A DNA stretch of 64,000 nt from assembly GCA_963806225.1 (NCBI GenBank), contig CAWDXG010000004.1:1792001-1856000 (forward strand), given 5' to 3'. The stretch is from an uncultured delta proteobacterium. GTDB taxonomy: Bacteria; Myxococcota_A; Polyangia; Polyangiales; Polyangiaceae. Position 1 is the first letter of the stretch; every line of letters begins with the position of its first letter. This document shows positions 17,731-27,912 of this stretch, in pieces. The translations under genes and the position numbers were made by a program. The notes beneath the pieces were generated by a model, which saw only the letters and a program-made list of their open reading frames with translations, had not been told where the DNA came from and made no database searches.

Positions 17731-19774
17731 TTGAACGGTCAGGCTTCACAACCGAAAGATCAACTGGTCGATGAGCTCCTCGGCCTGGAGAAGCAGCGAC
17801 TTTCCGCGACTCCGCTGGGCGCTGCATCGCAGGCCCGATACCGGCAACTGGTCCGCACGCTGTTTGGCGGGGCCGAGGACGACCGGCGTCGCTTCGTCAG
17901 GGTGGATGCGCGCCGTCCGGCCCGGATCCAGCACGCCGGCTTCGAGCTCCCCGCGCAGGTGACCTCGATGAGCGTCGGCGGGTTGTTCCTCCACACCGAG
18001 GAACCCGACCCAGCCCTCATGGGGAAGGAAGTCGACGTGGTGGTGGAGCTCCACCACGTTGAAAAGCACCCCATTTCACTGCGGGCGCGCGTGTGTCGGG
18101 TGGCGTCTGCGCCCGATCAGGCCCAGGGGTTCGGCGTCGAGCTGCTCGACCTGGACGCCCAGCAGCGCGACAGCCTCGCGAACCAGTTGAAGGAGCAACT
18201 GCTAGCAGCGCTCCAGGCGTCTGAAGAGCAATATCGCTTCTTTTTCGAGCATTCTTCGGATGTTGCGCTTCTGCTCGACCGCGGCGGCCACGTGCAGCAG
18301 GTCAGCGAAGCCGGGGCCAGCTTGCTGGGCTGCACCCGCGACACGCTTTCCGGCGCCCACCTCGACGCGCTGGTCGCCCTCGAGGACCTGCCGCGAGCCA
18401 CGGAAGCTCTCCAGAAGCTCGAAGAGCAGGACAGTGTGCGCATCGAGATCGAGCTGCTCGATCGCAACGGCGGGCGCATCCCGGTTCTGGCCACGTTCCA
18501 GGCAGTACGGGCCCACAGCCTGTGCGTCGGGAGCATCGTCGCGGCGGACGACCTGCGCGAACGCAAGCGACGCGAGCAGGAGCAGCGGACGATGGAACGC
18601 CGCCTGTTCCAGATGGACAAGCTCGCGACACTGGGCCAGGTGACCGCGGGGATCGCGCACGACATCAACAATCCGCTCGCGTACATGCTGTCCAACCTGA
18701 CGGTACTCGAGCAGAACCTCGACGGCCTGGTCGAGGCCGTCGGGGCCGCGCGTAGCGGGCGCGTCGCCAGCATGACGCCGAAGGCGCTGGAGTCACTGAA
18801 CGGCAGTCTTCCGGAGTTGATCGGCGACAGCCTCGAAGGGTGCCGGCGCATCCGGGACATCATCAAGCAGCTCCGTGACTTCTCGCGCGTGGACAACTCG
18901 GCTGAAATCCCGGTCAACGTCAACGCCGCAGTCGACGCGTCGATCCAGGTCATCCGGAACCTGATCAACCATCACTGTCAGCTGGAGCGCGACTATGCGG
19001 CGGATCTCCCCCGCACTCTGTGCAATTTCGGCCGCTTCTCGCAGGTCGTGCTGAACCTGCTGTCCAACGCAGTCAAGGCTTTCGAAGGCCGCGACCGGGA
19101 TCGCAACAGAATCCGCGTCACCACGCGACAGACCGAATCGGGAATCGTCGTCTCCGTCACCGACAACGGCCGTGGCATCGCGCCGGAGCTGCGGTCCCGG
19201 ATCCTGGAACCGTTCTTCACGACCCGCGCCCGCTCGGGGGGCACTGGTCTGGGGTTGGCGATCGTTCAGGACAATGTGCGGATGCTAGGCGGCACGCTGG
19301 AGATCGAGTCCGCTCTGGGCGAAGGCACGACTTTTTCTTTCACGCTACCGGTCCGCACGCCGCCTCCCGAAAAGGAGCGCCCGCCTTCCGGCCATCCGTC
19401 GTCGCCAGCCCGGCGCCGGATCTTGATCGTGGACGACGATCCGGCGGTGCTGCGGGGCCTCAAGCGCCTGCTAGGGCGCCAGGTACGAGGTCGTGCCATC
19501 TCCTTCTGCAACGCATGCACTCGAGCTCGTCGGTCAGCACCACTTCGACGCGATCCTGTGCGACCTGATGATGCCGGAGATGACCGGTGTGGAATTCCAT
19601 CGCAGCCTGTCCGAGAGGGATCCGGAGTCAGCGCGCCGCACGATCCTGATGACGGGCGGCGTGTTCGTGCAGGGCGATCACGACGCGCTCGCGGACCTCG
19701 ACATCCTGGTACTGACGAAACCGGTCGACCCCGAGGATCTGATCGCGGCACTCGCCTCCGTAACCTCGGAATAG
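17731..19774 (+). CDS. Hybrid histidine kinase PilZ-PAS-HisKA-HATPase-REC (frameshift near 19480)
   Basis: RRRFVR and SMSVGG (PilZ-like), [17 protein letters not shown]; receiver starts ILIVDDD and continues in another frame ([11 protein letters not shown]...LTKP). Confidence 0.85.
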
Positions 19775-19790
19775 CCGGCGCCGCAGCCGC

Positions 19791-19807
19791 ATGTTGCGCC
19801 GCAACAT
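19791..19807. promoter_or_regulatory. Inverted repeat next to TTGACA, candidate operator
   Basis: ATGTTGCG-C-CGCAACAT, TTGACA at 19814; no good -10 box. Confidence 0.3.
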
Positions 19808-19892
19808 TTTCTCTTGACAGACGGCCGAATGATAGGCAAACCAGGACCCACTGGTTATTGCACCGCAGCATTTCGATGCGGCGAGGTGGGTC

Positions 19893-20585
19893 ATGAGGGC
19901 GATGGCGGAAGTGCATCCGGAGATGGGCGATTTCGCGGAAAACGACTTGATACCGGGCTCGGGGCGAGCTCCGAGGGCTGTCGGCGCTGCTGCGCCTGTG
20001 GCGCGCTTCGCCGATCCGACGCCGCTCGGCCTGGTGGGGCTGGCAATCGGCTGCGCGGCGCTCGTGCCGATCGCCTTCGGCGCCAAGGTGGGCATCCCGG
20101 GCCTGATCACGGCCGCCGTCATCTGCGTGCTGTTCGGCGGGGGCTGCCAACTGATAGCGGGCCTTCTGAACCTCGCCAACGGCAACCTGCTCGGCGGCAC
20201 GCTGTTCGCCGCCTTCGCCTTCAACTGGGCGCTGAACGGCTGGGCGCTCTGGTCGCTCGCGCACGGCCTGGTGCCCGAGCACCAGATCCTGCTCGCGACA
20301 GAAGCCGCGTCACTGGTGCTGTTCGTTCCCCTCACCTACGCCTTCGGTCACTACTCGGCGCTGCTGTTCGTGTTCCTGCTCGACATCGACATCCTCTACG
20401 GCTTCAAGCTGCTCGCCGGCTACGGCCACGTCGGCGGCATGCAGATCCCGATCGCGTTGTGCACGGTCGCGCTGGCCGTCATTGCGCTGTGGATCGCGCT
20501 CGCGATGCTGGTGAATCCCGTTGCCGGCCGACGCATCCTTCCGATGCCCGGTCCGCTATTCCGCGCGGCAACGCCGGCAGGCTGA
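19893..20585 (+). CDS. GPR1/FUN34/YaaH (SatP-like) acetate uptake family transporter
   Basis: FADPTPLGL signature, about six TM helices. Confidence 0.82.
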   Translation: MRAMAEVHPEMGDFAENDLIPGSGRAPRAVGAAAPVARFADPTPLGLVGLAIGCAALVPIAFGAKVGIPGLITAAVICVLFGGGCQLIAGLLNLANGNLLGGTLFAAFAFNWALNGWALWSLAHGLVPEHQILLATEAASLVLFVPLTYAFGHYSALLFVFLLDIDILYGFKLLAGYGHVGGMQIPIALCTVALAVIALWIALAMLVNPVAGRRILPMPGPLFRAATPAG

Positions 20586-20677
20586 CCGACAGCGCGTCTC
20601 GCGCCCCGGTTGTCTTGCCAGAGCGGCGAAACGCCGGTATCTGTCCGGCCGTGGCCTACGCCAGGGAGACACACGAC

Positions 20678-21166
20678 ATGCGCTTCGGAACAATCGTCTG
20701 GGTGGGAGCATTCGCTGTCGCTTCGAGCCTGTCGATCGGCTGCTCGAGCAAGGACAACGGCGCCGCTCCCGGCAGCACGGGCGGCAGTGCGGGCGCCACA
20801 GGCGGCACCGGCGGCACGGCTGGCGCCACAGGCGGCACCGGCGGCACGGCTGGCGCCACAGGCGGCACCGGCGGCAGTGCAGGCACCGGCGGCACGGCTG
20901 GCGCGGGGGGCACCGCGGGAACCGGCGGCGCAGCTGGCGCTGCGGGCTCGGGCGGTGCGGCTGGCGCGGGCGGCGCGGGGGGAGCTGCGCAGACCTGTGT
21001 CGCTTCCGGCGGCGCGGTGAAGTCCGGCCAGTGCTGCAAGAGCGCGGCAGACTTCCCGGCGACCTGCAGCCTCGGAGCGTGCTCGTGCTCTCCGCAGAAC
21101 AGCCACAAGGTCCAGCTCTGCGCGTGCCCGTCCAACCAGTGCTTCAACGGCACCAGCTGCCAGTAG
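20678..21166 (+). CDS. Lipoprotein with Gly/Ala/Thr linker and 10-Cys C-terminal domain
   Basis: GGAG upstream; lipobox SIGC; GGTGGTAGAT repeats. Confidence 0.8.
   Translation: MRFGTIVWVGAFAVASSLSIGCSSKDNGAAPGSTGGSAGATGGTGGTAGATGGTGGTAGATGGTGGSAGTGGTAGAGGTAGTGGAAGAAGSGGAAGAGGAGGAAQTCVASGGAVKSGQCCKSAADFPATCSLGACSCSPQNSHKVQLCACPSNQCFNGTSCQ
20792..20880 (+). repeat. ~3 x 30-bp coding tandem repeat
   Basis: ggcgccacaggcggcaccggcggcacggct units. Confidence 0.85.
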
Positions 21167-21309
21167 ACAACACGCGCCCCTGATCGCCGTGTCGCGGCGG
21201 CGTGAACCGGAGCGTGCGCTGTCGGCAAAAACGCGCCGTAACGGCGATCCGCACGTTGGCCCACGGCGTGCAGACCACCTGCCCGGACTCGCTGGCAGGA
21301 GGTCGTGAT

Positions 21310-22017
21310 TTGAGAACTGCAACGCTGTCTGCGCTGGCTGCCGCCCTCGGCGTGCTCGCGTGGATGGGTACGGCACACGCCGCGCCACCGAACGGGCTGG
21401 AGCTTTCAGCGGGCGCATCGCTGGCAGGGCGCCACACGACGAAGGTCGACCTGGCCCAGCTCGCCGGGGCGAGCGATTCCGGATCGGGCAACGATCTGGG
21501 TCCGGCCACGCTCGGAGTCGAGCTCACCGGCGGCTTGAACCTGCCGCTGGCGGAGCTCGGGGTGGGCGGCTGGCTCGCAGTCGGCGGACTATCGCTGGGT
21601 CGGATCGAGAGCCGCTATCTAGGCGGCCAGCACGCCCAGGTGGGGTCGAGCCTCGACGTGGGCCTCGAGGGTGCGCTCCGGTTGCACCCGGATATCTCGC
21701 GTGAGCTCGGGCTCCGGATCGGCCCGGCGGTGGCTTGGCAGCGCATGCAGGCGTCGTCGCCGTTCGGCATTGGACGACTCGAGCTTCTGGGTGTCGGTCT
21801 CGACGCCGGGCTGGTCTGGCGGACAGGGCCGATTTCGCGGGTCGTCGACGGGCACGTGGAGCTCATGCTGTCGGCCCGCCGCGAGCTGCCGCTCGACGTG
21901 TACGTCGCCCGTGCCGCGAACGACGTGGTGCTGTCGGGCACGGGGGGCCACGCCGCCGCGATCTACAGCGTAACCGCGCGGCTCGGCTACGTGTTCGATT
22001 TCCACCGCGCGCGCTAG
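21310..22017 (+). CDS. Exported hypothetical protein, probable small beta-barrel
   Basis: GGAGG before TTG 21310; signal peptide ending AHA; alternating strands, near-terminal LGYVFDF. Confidence 0.6.
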   Translation: MRTATLSALAAALGVLAWMGTAHAAPPNGLELSAGASLAGRHTTKVDLAQLAGASDSGSGNDLGPATLGVELTGGLNLPLAELGVGGWLAVGGLSLGRIESRYLGGQHAQVGSSLDVGLEGALRLHPDISRELGLRIGPAVAWQRMQASSPFGIGRLELLGVGLDAGLVWRTGPISRVVDGHVELMLSARRELPLDVYVARAANDVVLSGTGGHAAAIYSVTARLGYVFDFHRAR

Positions 22018-22023
22018 CCGCGC

Positions 22024-23484
22024 TCAAGGCGGGCAGACGTTGCTCTTCTGGCAGCGCATCACGAAGCCCGCACCCTGGCGCTCACCGGCGACGTACAGGC
22101 CGTCACCGGACGCCGCAGGCTGCGCGGCCACGGCCCAGGCCACGTCGTAGGAGCTCAGGCTCCGGATCCAGGTGGGCGCGACGTTGTTGGAGAAGCCGAG
22201 CGGCAGCTTCTGGATGACCGCGGTTGCGCTCGAAGTCGTCGACTGCGAGTTGTCCCACCCCTGCGCGCCGCTGACGTAGAGCGCCTTGCCGTCCGTCGTC
22301 ATGCTCACGAACGCGTCGAATAGCGAGCTGGGATTCCATTTGTAGGTCGCCAGGAGCTTCCCGGCGGCGTCCAGCCTGAGCACGAAACCGAAGGCGTCGG
22401 TCGACGTGGCATCGGCGCCGAATCCCGCCACGTACAGGTTGCCCCCCTCGAAGAGCGCGCTGTAGCCGTCGCTGGACGTGCTACCGACCGTGATCGGCCC
22501 GGCCGTGGCCGAAGCCGCGCACGGACACGGTCCCGTGGTGGAACAGGACGCGTCGTCGAAGCTGTCGACGTACAGGCTGCCTTTCGAGCTGCGGATCACA
22601 TACACCGTGGAACCATTGGCAGCCATCGCGTGGATGGCGCCGTGGTCGGCGCCGCCGACGCGGAATCCGCAGGCGTTGCCGTTCGACAGGCCCTTGATGC
22701 CCCAGGCGTAGCCGGTTGCCTCCGTGTTCGACGTGCCGCCCATCCAGAAGCCGCTCGGTGTCTGGACGATGCGCCAGTTCTCGTCGGACGCGGCCGTGCC
22801 GTAGAGCGGCTTCATGAAACTCGAGCTGAGCGTTGTCGAGGCAAGCCGGACCCAGAGTCCGTTGCGCGGATCGCTGCCCGTGACGACGTCGCCCACCGCG
22901 TAGAGCGAGCTCCCCACCAGGATGACGTTCCTGAGCGAGCTCGCGGTGGCGCCCGACACGGACAGCGTCTTCTCGTGGACGACACTACCCTGGCAGCCAG
23001 CGATCGCGGCCGCCCAGGCGCTGTCACTCTTGGTGCCGACCAGATAGACGCTCGAGCTATCGGCCACGGCGCCCATCGGAACCGCCGTGAGGTCGGTCTC
23101 CCAGGTCGACGTGCAGGTCGTAACGCACTGGCCCTGGGCGCTGCACTTCTGGTTCGTCGAGCAGTAGCCGCAGACGTGCCCGCAGCCGTCCGATCCGCAG
23201 ACCTTGCCGCTGCACTGCGGAGCGCAGCCTCCGCTGCCGCCGGCGCCGCCCTTCCCGGCAGTGCCACCGCCGCTTCCACCCGGGCCACCTTCCGGCCATC
23301 CGCCGTGCGACACGCCGCCGGACCCCCCGTTGCCGCCGTTGCCCAGCGCGCCGAAGCCGCCTTCGTTCTGGGCGGTGCCGCCGCCGGCCTGGCCGGCGCA
23401 GGCAGGGACGACCGAGAGAGCCAGCGGGAAGGCCAGAACGAGCGACGACGCCAGGAGCACCCGCAAGGAAGACATCGACTCCAC
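22024..23484 (-). CDS. Secreted/lipoprotein with Cys-rich motif and beta-propeller-like domain
   Basis: Signal, Gly linker, CAPQCSGKVCGSDGCGHVCGYC, repeated LYVAG-type strands. Confidence 0.75.
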   Translation of the reverse strand: MESMSSLRVLLASSLVLAFPLALSVVPACAGQAGGGTAQNEGGFGALGNGGNGGSGGVSHGGWPEGGPGGSGGGTAGKGGAGGSGGCAPQCSGKVCGSDGCGHVCGYCSTNQKCSAQGQCVTTCTSTWETDLTAVPMGAVADSSSVYLVGTKSDSAWAAAIAGCQGSVVHEKTLSVSGATASSLRNVILVGSSLYAVGDVVTGSDPRNGLWVRLASTTLSSSFMKPLYGTAASDENWRIVQTPSGFWMGGTSNTEATGYAWGIKGLSNGNACGFRVGGADHGAIHAMAANGSTVYVIRSSKGSLYVDSFDDASCSTTGPCPCAASATAGPITVGSTSSDGYSALFEGGNLYVAGFGADATSTDAFGFVLRLDAAGKLLATYKWNPSSLFDAFVSMTTDGKALYVSGAQGWDNSQSTTSSATAVIQKLPLGFSNNVAPTWIRSLSSYDVAWAVAAQPAASGDGLYVAGERQGAGFVMRCQKSNVCPP

Positions 23485-23571
23485 GATACCGCCGTCGAGC
23501 CCCGGCGACCAGCACCGCGGCAGCAGCCCGTGCGATCCGGAGTTCTGGCTACCGCCGCGCCCGCGGCGCGA

Positions 23572-24705
23572 TCACTCCACGCCGCCGAACTGTCGCACGG
23601 CGGCGGCGCGCCTGCCCTTGGGGAACTCCTTCAGGTACTGCTCGGCCCGCTCGTGCGCCAGCGCGCTCTCGCCGGCGTGCGACCAGGCCTCGACTTCGCG
23701 AGCCAGTGCGTCCTGAGCGAGCGCGCCGTGCGGAGCGAGGCGAAGCGCCGTCGCGAACGCCTGTGCCGCAGGACGCGGTCGGCCGAGATCGTCGAGCAGC
23801 ACCCGCCCGAGCGTGAACGCAGCGAGCGGAGCACGCGCGTCGCCCGCATGCGCGGACACGACGCTTTGAAGATACTTCACCGCGTCGGCGGGGTGTCCGC
23901 CCAGGCGGGCCACGTCCGCAGCGAGCAGCAGGTCGCCCGGTTCATCCCTGACCGCGCCGCTGCCCTCGGAAACGAGCCGGTGGTAGGCGCGTTCATAGTC
24001 GCCGCTCTGGGCCAGGTCGCGCCACGACGCCTCGGGCCTGGGAGCGGGAGCGGATGCCGGCGGCAGTGGGGCGGAATGCCGCGGCGCGGGGGCTTCCTCA
24101 TGCGGCTTCGGTGCGGGGGCGCTCGGCCGCTTGACGGCGCGCGGCACCCATCGCTCCTCGCCGGCGTACAGCTGGATCGACCCGGCGGGCCAATCGACGC
24201 GCACGTGGCCGCGCTCGACGCGCACCCGGACGCCGTCCGCAGTGTTCGACACGGTAAAGCGCGTTCCGATCACCGTCACCCGGACCTGACCCGCTACCAC
24301 GTGGAATTGCCGCCCCTTCTGGTGCGCGACGTCGAAGCGCGCCTCGCCCGAGGCGACGCGGAGCACGACCTGGTCGGTCGATGCCATGACGGTATCCACC
24401 CGCGTCTTCGGCGCGACCGAGCTCACCGTGGTCCCGTCATGCAGGCGGAACAGCAGATCCGGGTTCGCCTTCGCGACCGGCACGGCCTGCTGCAGCGCCG
24501 GCGCGTGCGTCCGGTGACGGAGTCCAATGAACAGAGCGACCGCGCAGACGACGGCCGCGGCCAGCGCCATCCCGGTCCGGCGTGCGCGCGTGCGCATGAG
24601 CAGCGCGCGATCGAGCCGGGCCTTGGCGCGCCGCTGGCGCTCCGGCGTCCACTCGGTCTCGACGTGTCCGCGTGCCTCTTCCAGGCGAGCGTGCAGATCA
24701 GACAT
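23572..24705 (-). CDS. FecR-domain anti-sigma-like protein with C-terminal TPR
   Basis: Single TM; SGEARFDV...VTVIGTRFTV...VERGHVRV; Pro linker; YLKEFPKG TPR-like end. Confidence 0.85.
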   Translation of the reverse strand: MSDLHARLEEARGHVETEWTPERQRRAKARLDRALLMRTRARRTGMALAAAVVCAVALFIGLRHRTHAPALQQAVPVAKANPDLLFRLHDGTTVSSVAPKTRVDTVMASTDQVVLRVASGEARFDVAHQKGRQFHVVAGQVRVTVIGTRFTVSNTADGVRVRVERGHVRVDWPAGSIQLYAGEERWVPRAVKRPSAPAPKPHEEAPAPRHSAPLPPASAPAPRPEASWRDLAQSGDYERAYHRLVSEGSGAVRDEPGDLLLAADVARLGGHPADAVKYLQSVVSAHAGDARAPLAAFTLGRVLLDDLGRPRPAAQAFATALRLAPHGALAQDALAREVEAWSHAGESALAHERAEQYLKEFPKGRRAAAVRQFGGVE

Positions 24706-25255
24706 CGAGCTCCTCCTCGAGCTGGCGCTGAGCAGCAGCGATGCGCCTCTTGGCGGTCGCCAGCGAACAGCCCGACAGCTCGGCTACGTCTTCCAGCCGC
24801 TCGCCCTGCACATGGCGCAGCACCCAGGCGATGCGCAGATCGGTCGGCATCGCGTCGAGCAGCTCGTACACGCGCGCTAGAAGAGCGCGCTGCTCCGGAC
24901 TGGCCGAAGCATCCACGACCGTGTCGTAGTCCGGATCCGGATCGATGCGCAGCATCGCGCGCAGGCGCCGCCGCTTCAGGCGCTTGCGCGCGGTGCGCAC
25001 CGTGATGGCGGCGAGCCAGCCCTTGATCGCCTCCGGATTCTTCACCGAGTCGAGCCCCCGAACGGCGGCCAGGAACACTTCCTGCACAGTGTCGTCGACC
25101 TCGTCGTCGCGGCCCAGCAGCCGGTAGGCAATGGCGGCCGCGTAGCTCGAATAGCGGCTGAAGAGCACGCCGGCATCCAGCAGGGCCGGCGCAGCGTCAG
25201 CGGCAGCGGCTTCCGCTGGGGCAACAACGTGGAGTAGCGGGCGGCCTCTGGGCAT
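24698..25255 (-). CDS. ECF RNA polymerase sigma factor
   Basis: DDTVQEVFL, WLAAIT, region 4 LEDVAELSGCSLATAKRRI. Confidence 0.92.
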   Translation of the reverse strand: MPRGRPLLHVVAPAEAAAADAAPALLDAGVLFSRYSSYAAAIAYRLLGRDDEVDDTVQEVFLAAVRGLDSVKNPEAIKGWLAAITVRTARKRLKRRRLRAMLRIDPDPDYDTVVDASASPEQRALLARVYELLDAMPTDLRIAWVLRHVQGERLEDVAELSGCSLATAKRRIAAAQRQLEEELDV

Positions 25256-25415
25256 CGGCTCTCCCCCCTTAGTGTGCGCCTATCGGCGGATCGGCTCACG
25301 GAAAATCCGCGCGAGCCGGCCCCGCATCAGCGCGCACATCGCTGCATGGCCCTTCCGACGTTGCCCCTGCCGCCGCCCCGGCATCCGGGGACGATTTCCG
25401 CAACAAGGTAGCGGA

Positions 25416-26420
25416 TCAGAGCGTGAAACCGACGCCGAGCTCGACGCCGTACCACATGCCGCGGAGCGACGGATTCGCGACGCTCGACTTGCTGTTCGAC
25501 AGGGGCAGGAGCACGTAGCTGGTCTCGCCGGCCAGCTCGATGACGAGTGGCTTGGCGGGTCGCGCCGCCAGGGAGAGCGTCGCCAGCGGCCAGCCCCAGG
25601 GCGCAATGCCCGATGTGCCGCTCGTCTGGGCGCCGGAAAGGCCCACCGAGCGCGCCGCACCCAGGCGCAGCCCTCCACCAAAACGCGCCGCAAACCACGA
25701 CCAGCGCTCGTCGAGGTAGACGCAGGCGCCCAGCGTCGCGGTCTCGACCTCGTAGCGCCCGATCGGCGAGTCGAGCTGCCCGCGGTCGATCACGGCGTCG
25801 ATCGACCAGGACACGTGCTCGAGAGGCTCGTGGCCCACCCTCGCGCCGCCGCCCCAGAGCGCGCCAGGATGGGCGAAGAAGGCTCGCTGCGAGAGCACCG
25901 CCAGCACCCTGAACGCGCGGCGGACGGGTTTCTTGTGCGGCGCCGTGGGCGTGAGGTCGTGCGTGGCGCGATGCGCGACCCAGTCGCGGGCCGCTTCGCG
26001 CGCGGCAGGCGGCGGCGCCGGCCCCGCCGGCTCCACCTGCGGATCGGGATTCGTCTCGAGCTCGCTCCAGCTCGCCAGCACCAGCTCCGACGTTGCAATG
26101 GCCACCAGCCGCGCTCTCGCGCTAGGCGCCGCGGCGCCGACGTCGATGTGGCGGGTGACGACCTTGCGACTGAGCGGATCCTTCACGCTGAGCTCGGCGT
26201 CGCTGTCGTGGCACACGACGATCGCAGTCGTCACGCCGGGACCGGGGGCGTCGGCCAGCTCGGCGCCCAGCTCCGCGGCAAGGATGCGACGCACCGCGGG
26301 ACCCGCGAGCCCGGGGCAGCTCTCCAGCTCCAGGTCGACCTGGGGCGCGACCTGCGCGTGCGCCAGCGATGCAGAAAATGCGCTGGCGACCAATCCGCAC
26401 AGGACGAGCTGGAGTCTCAC
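25416..26420 (-). CDS. Exported hypothetical protein upstream of ECF/FecR
   Basis: Signal peptide, Pro linker, barrel-like C-terminus GVELGVGFTL. Confidence 0.7.
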   Translation of the reverse strand: MRLQLVLCGLVASAFSASLAHAQVAPQVDLELESCPGLAGPAVRRILAAELGAELADAPGPGVTTAIVVCHDSDAELSVKDPLSRKVVTRHIDVGAAAPSARARLVAIATSELVLASWSELETNPDPQVEPAGPAPPPAAREAARDWVAHRATHDLTPTAPHKKPVRRAFRVLAVLSQRAFFAHPGALWGGGARVGHEPLEHVSWSIDAVIDRGQLDSPIGRYEVETATLGACVYLDERWSWFAARFGGGLRLGAARSVGLSGAQTSGTSGIAPWGWPLATLSLAARPAKPLVIELAGETSYVLLPLSNSKSSVANPSLRGMWYGVELGVGFTL

Positions 26421-26501
26421 AGCGCGATGGTAGATCAGCGCGGCGTGATTTCCGAAAGCGCGACGAGCCGGAATGTCCGGTGCGTGGCACTACTGGGCAG
26501 G

Positions 26502-27203
26502 ATGCCCCGATATCCGTTGTCTGTCCTGGCGGCCGGCGCGGCCTTCGCCGTGGCTCTGCCCGCCGCTGCGGAGCAGCCGGAAGCGACGATCCATGTGGCA
26601 CAGCCGCCGACGCTGTCGGTGGGGCTCGACGGCTACGCCGGCATGGGCGTACTCGCGAACGGCTCGCGAGCCGACGCGTCCGCGCTGGGGGGCGGCATGC
26701 TGCGCCTGCGCTCGAGCTATGCCCAGATCGGGGGCTTCATGGAAGCTGCCAACCTGCCCACCGACACACTGCAGGGTTTCGGCGGCTTCATGGGCGGCTG
26801 GCTGCCGTTCGCGAACTGGCTCACCTTCGACCTGATGCTCGGCGCCGGCCGCCACACCTACGACAACCCCGACCGGCGCTACGGGCCCGACGGCTACCAG
26901 GTGCGGAGCTGGTTCGGAACGCTGAGGCTCGGCGTCTCCGATCGCACGCACGGCATCCTCGGGCTGCACACAGGAGCCATGCTGTTCGCGTCGCTCGACT
27001 TCACCCCCACGAACATCGCGTGGCGCTACGGGCTAGCGAACGATCCGACGAAGCAGGTCACCGGACTGCGCCGCGTCGGCGGCTTCGCGCTCGGCGTCGC
27101 CGTCAGCGCCGGCTTCGACGTCGCGACCCCGAGCGAAGCGACGATGCCGGAGCTCGGGACCACATGGAACAGCACGAGGTCGCCGAGGGCCGACAGCCGG
27201 TGA
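26502..27203 (+). CDS. Exported hypothetical protein, probable beta-barrel
   Basis: Signal MPRYPLSVLAAGAAFAVALPAAA; Gly/aromatic alternating strands. Confidence 0.65.
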   Translation: MPRYPLSVLAAGAAFAVALPAAAEQPEATIHVAQPPTLSVGLDGYAGMGVLANGSRADASALGGGMLRLRSSYAQIGGFMEAANLPTDTLQGFGGFMGGWLPFANWLTFDLMLGAGRHTYDNPDRRYGPDGYQVRSWFGTLRLGVSDRTHGILGLHTGAMLFASLDFTPTNIAWRYGLANDPTKQVTGLRRVGGFALGVAVSAGFDVATPSEATMPELGTTWNSTRSPRADSR

Positions 27204-27783
27204 CGGACGCGGTCCCGTACTCCGCAGCGCAGAACTTCCCAGCCTCGCTGTGATTCACGCCCATGGCCCGGATCGCACCGCAGCAATCGACCTGGTGCAG
27301 CTCCGCAACGCAGCTCTGGTTGTTGGTGCAACCGCGCACCCAGGTCGTCGGGAATCCGGTGCACTCCTGGCCCGCGCACGACGACGCACCCCCGCTGCCC
27401 GCGGCACCCCCGGCGCCGCTGCCCGCAGCGCCAGCGGTCCCACCGCTACCGCCCGCACCCGCGCCGCCGGTTCCGGTGCCGCCCGTACCGCCGGTTCCGG
27501 TGCCGCCCGTACCGCCGCCCGCCGCGCCTCCTGCACCGCTACCGCCGGCGCCCGTGCCGCCAGTGCTCGTGCCGCCCGCACCGGTGCCTCCAGTGCTGGT
27601 GCCACCGGCGCCCGTGCCTCCAGCGCTCGTGCCACCGGCGCCCGTGCCGCCGCTGGCACCCGCATCGGCGCCCCCGGCGCTCGAACCTCCCGATCCGGTG
27701 ATGTCGGACGAACTGCTGCCACAACCTGCTGCGACAAGAGCAGAAAGCGAGACGGCAACAAGGCAAGCGTGGATGCGCAACAT
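27103..27783 (-). CDS. Lipoprotein with Gly/Thr linker and Cys-rich C-terminus
   Basis: GGAG upstream; lipobox AAGC; GGTGAGGTS repeats; 3' end uncertain (overlaps the convergent gene). Confidence 0.7.
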   Translation of the reverse strand: MLRIHACLVAVSLSALVAAGCGSSSSDITGSGGSSAGGADAGASGGTGAGGTSAGGTGAGGTSTGGTGAGGTSTGGTGAGGSGAGGAAGGGTGGTGTGGTGGTGTGGAGAGGSGGTAGAAGSGAGGAAGSGGASSCAGQECTGFPTTWVRGCTNNQSCVAELHQVDCCGAIRAMGVNHSEAGKFCAAEYGTASVTGCRPSATSCCSMWSRAPASSLRSGSRRRSRR

Positions 27784-27912
27784 AGGGATGATCTCCTGCC
27801 TGCAGGATATCGCACCCAGGCTGGACCTTCTCCCGCAAGCACAAGCCGCAACCGCCGCGTAACCGCGTAGCCGCGTAGCGTCAGCGACGGATCCTGTAGC
27901 TTGTCGCGCGGG

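Noticed and set aside
19480..19896. C-terminal extension of the 721-aa kinase ORF
   Set aside because: Out-of-frame read-through; the true receiver domain ends at 19774.
19814..20677. N-terminal part of the 450-aa ORF
   Set aside because: Overlaps the SatP-like gene in another frame; the lipoprotein starts at 20678.
26485..26499. TGGCAC...GC as a sigma-54 promoter
   Set aside because: Spacing is GG-N9-GC and it is too close to the ATG.
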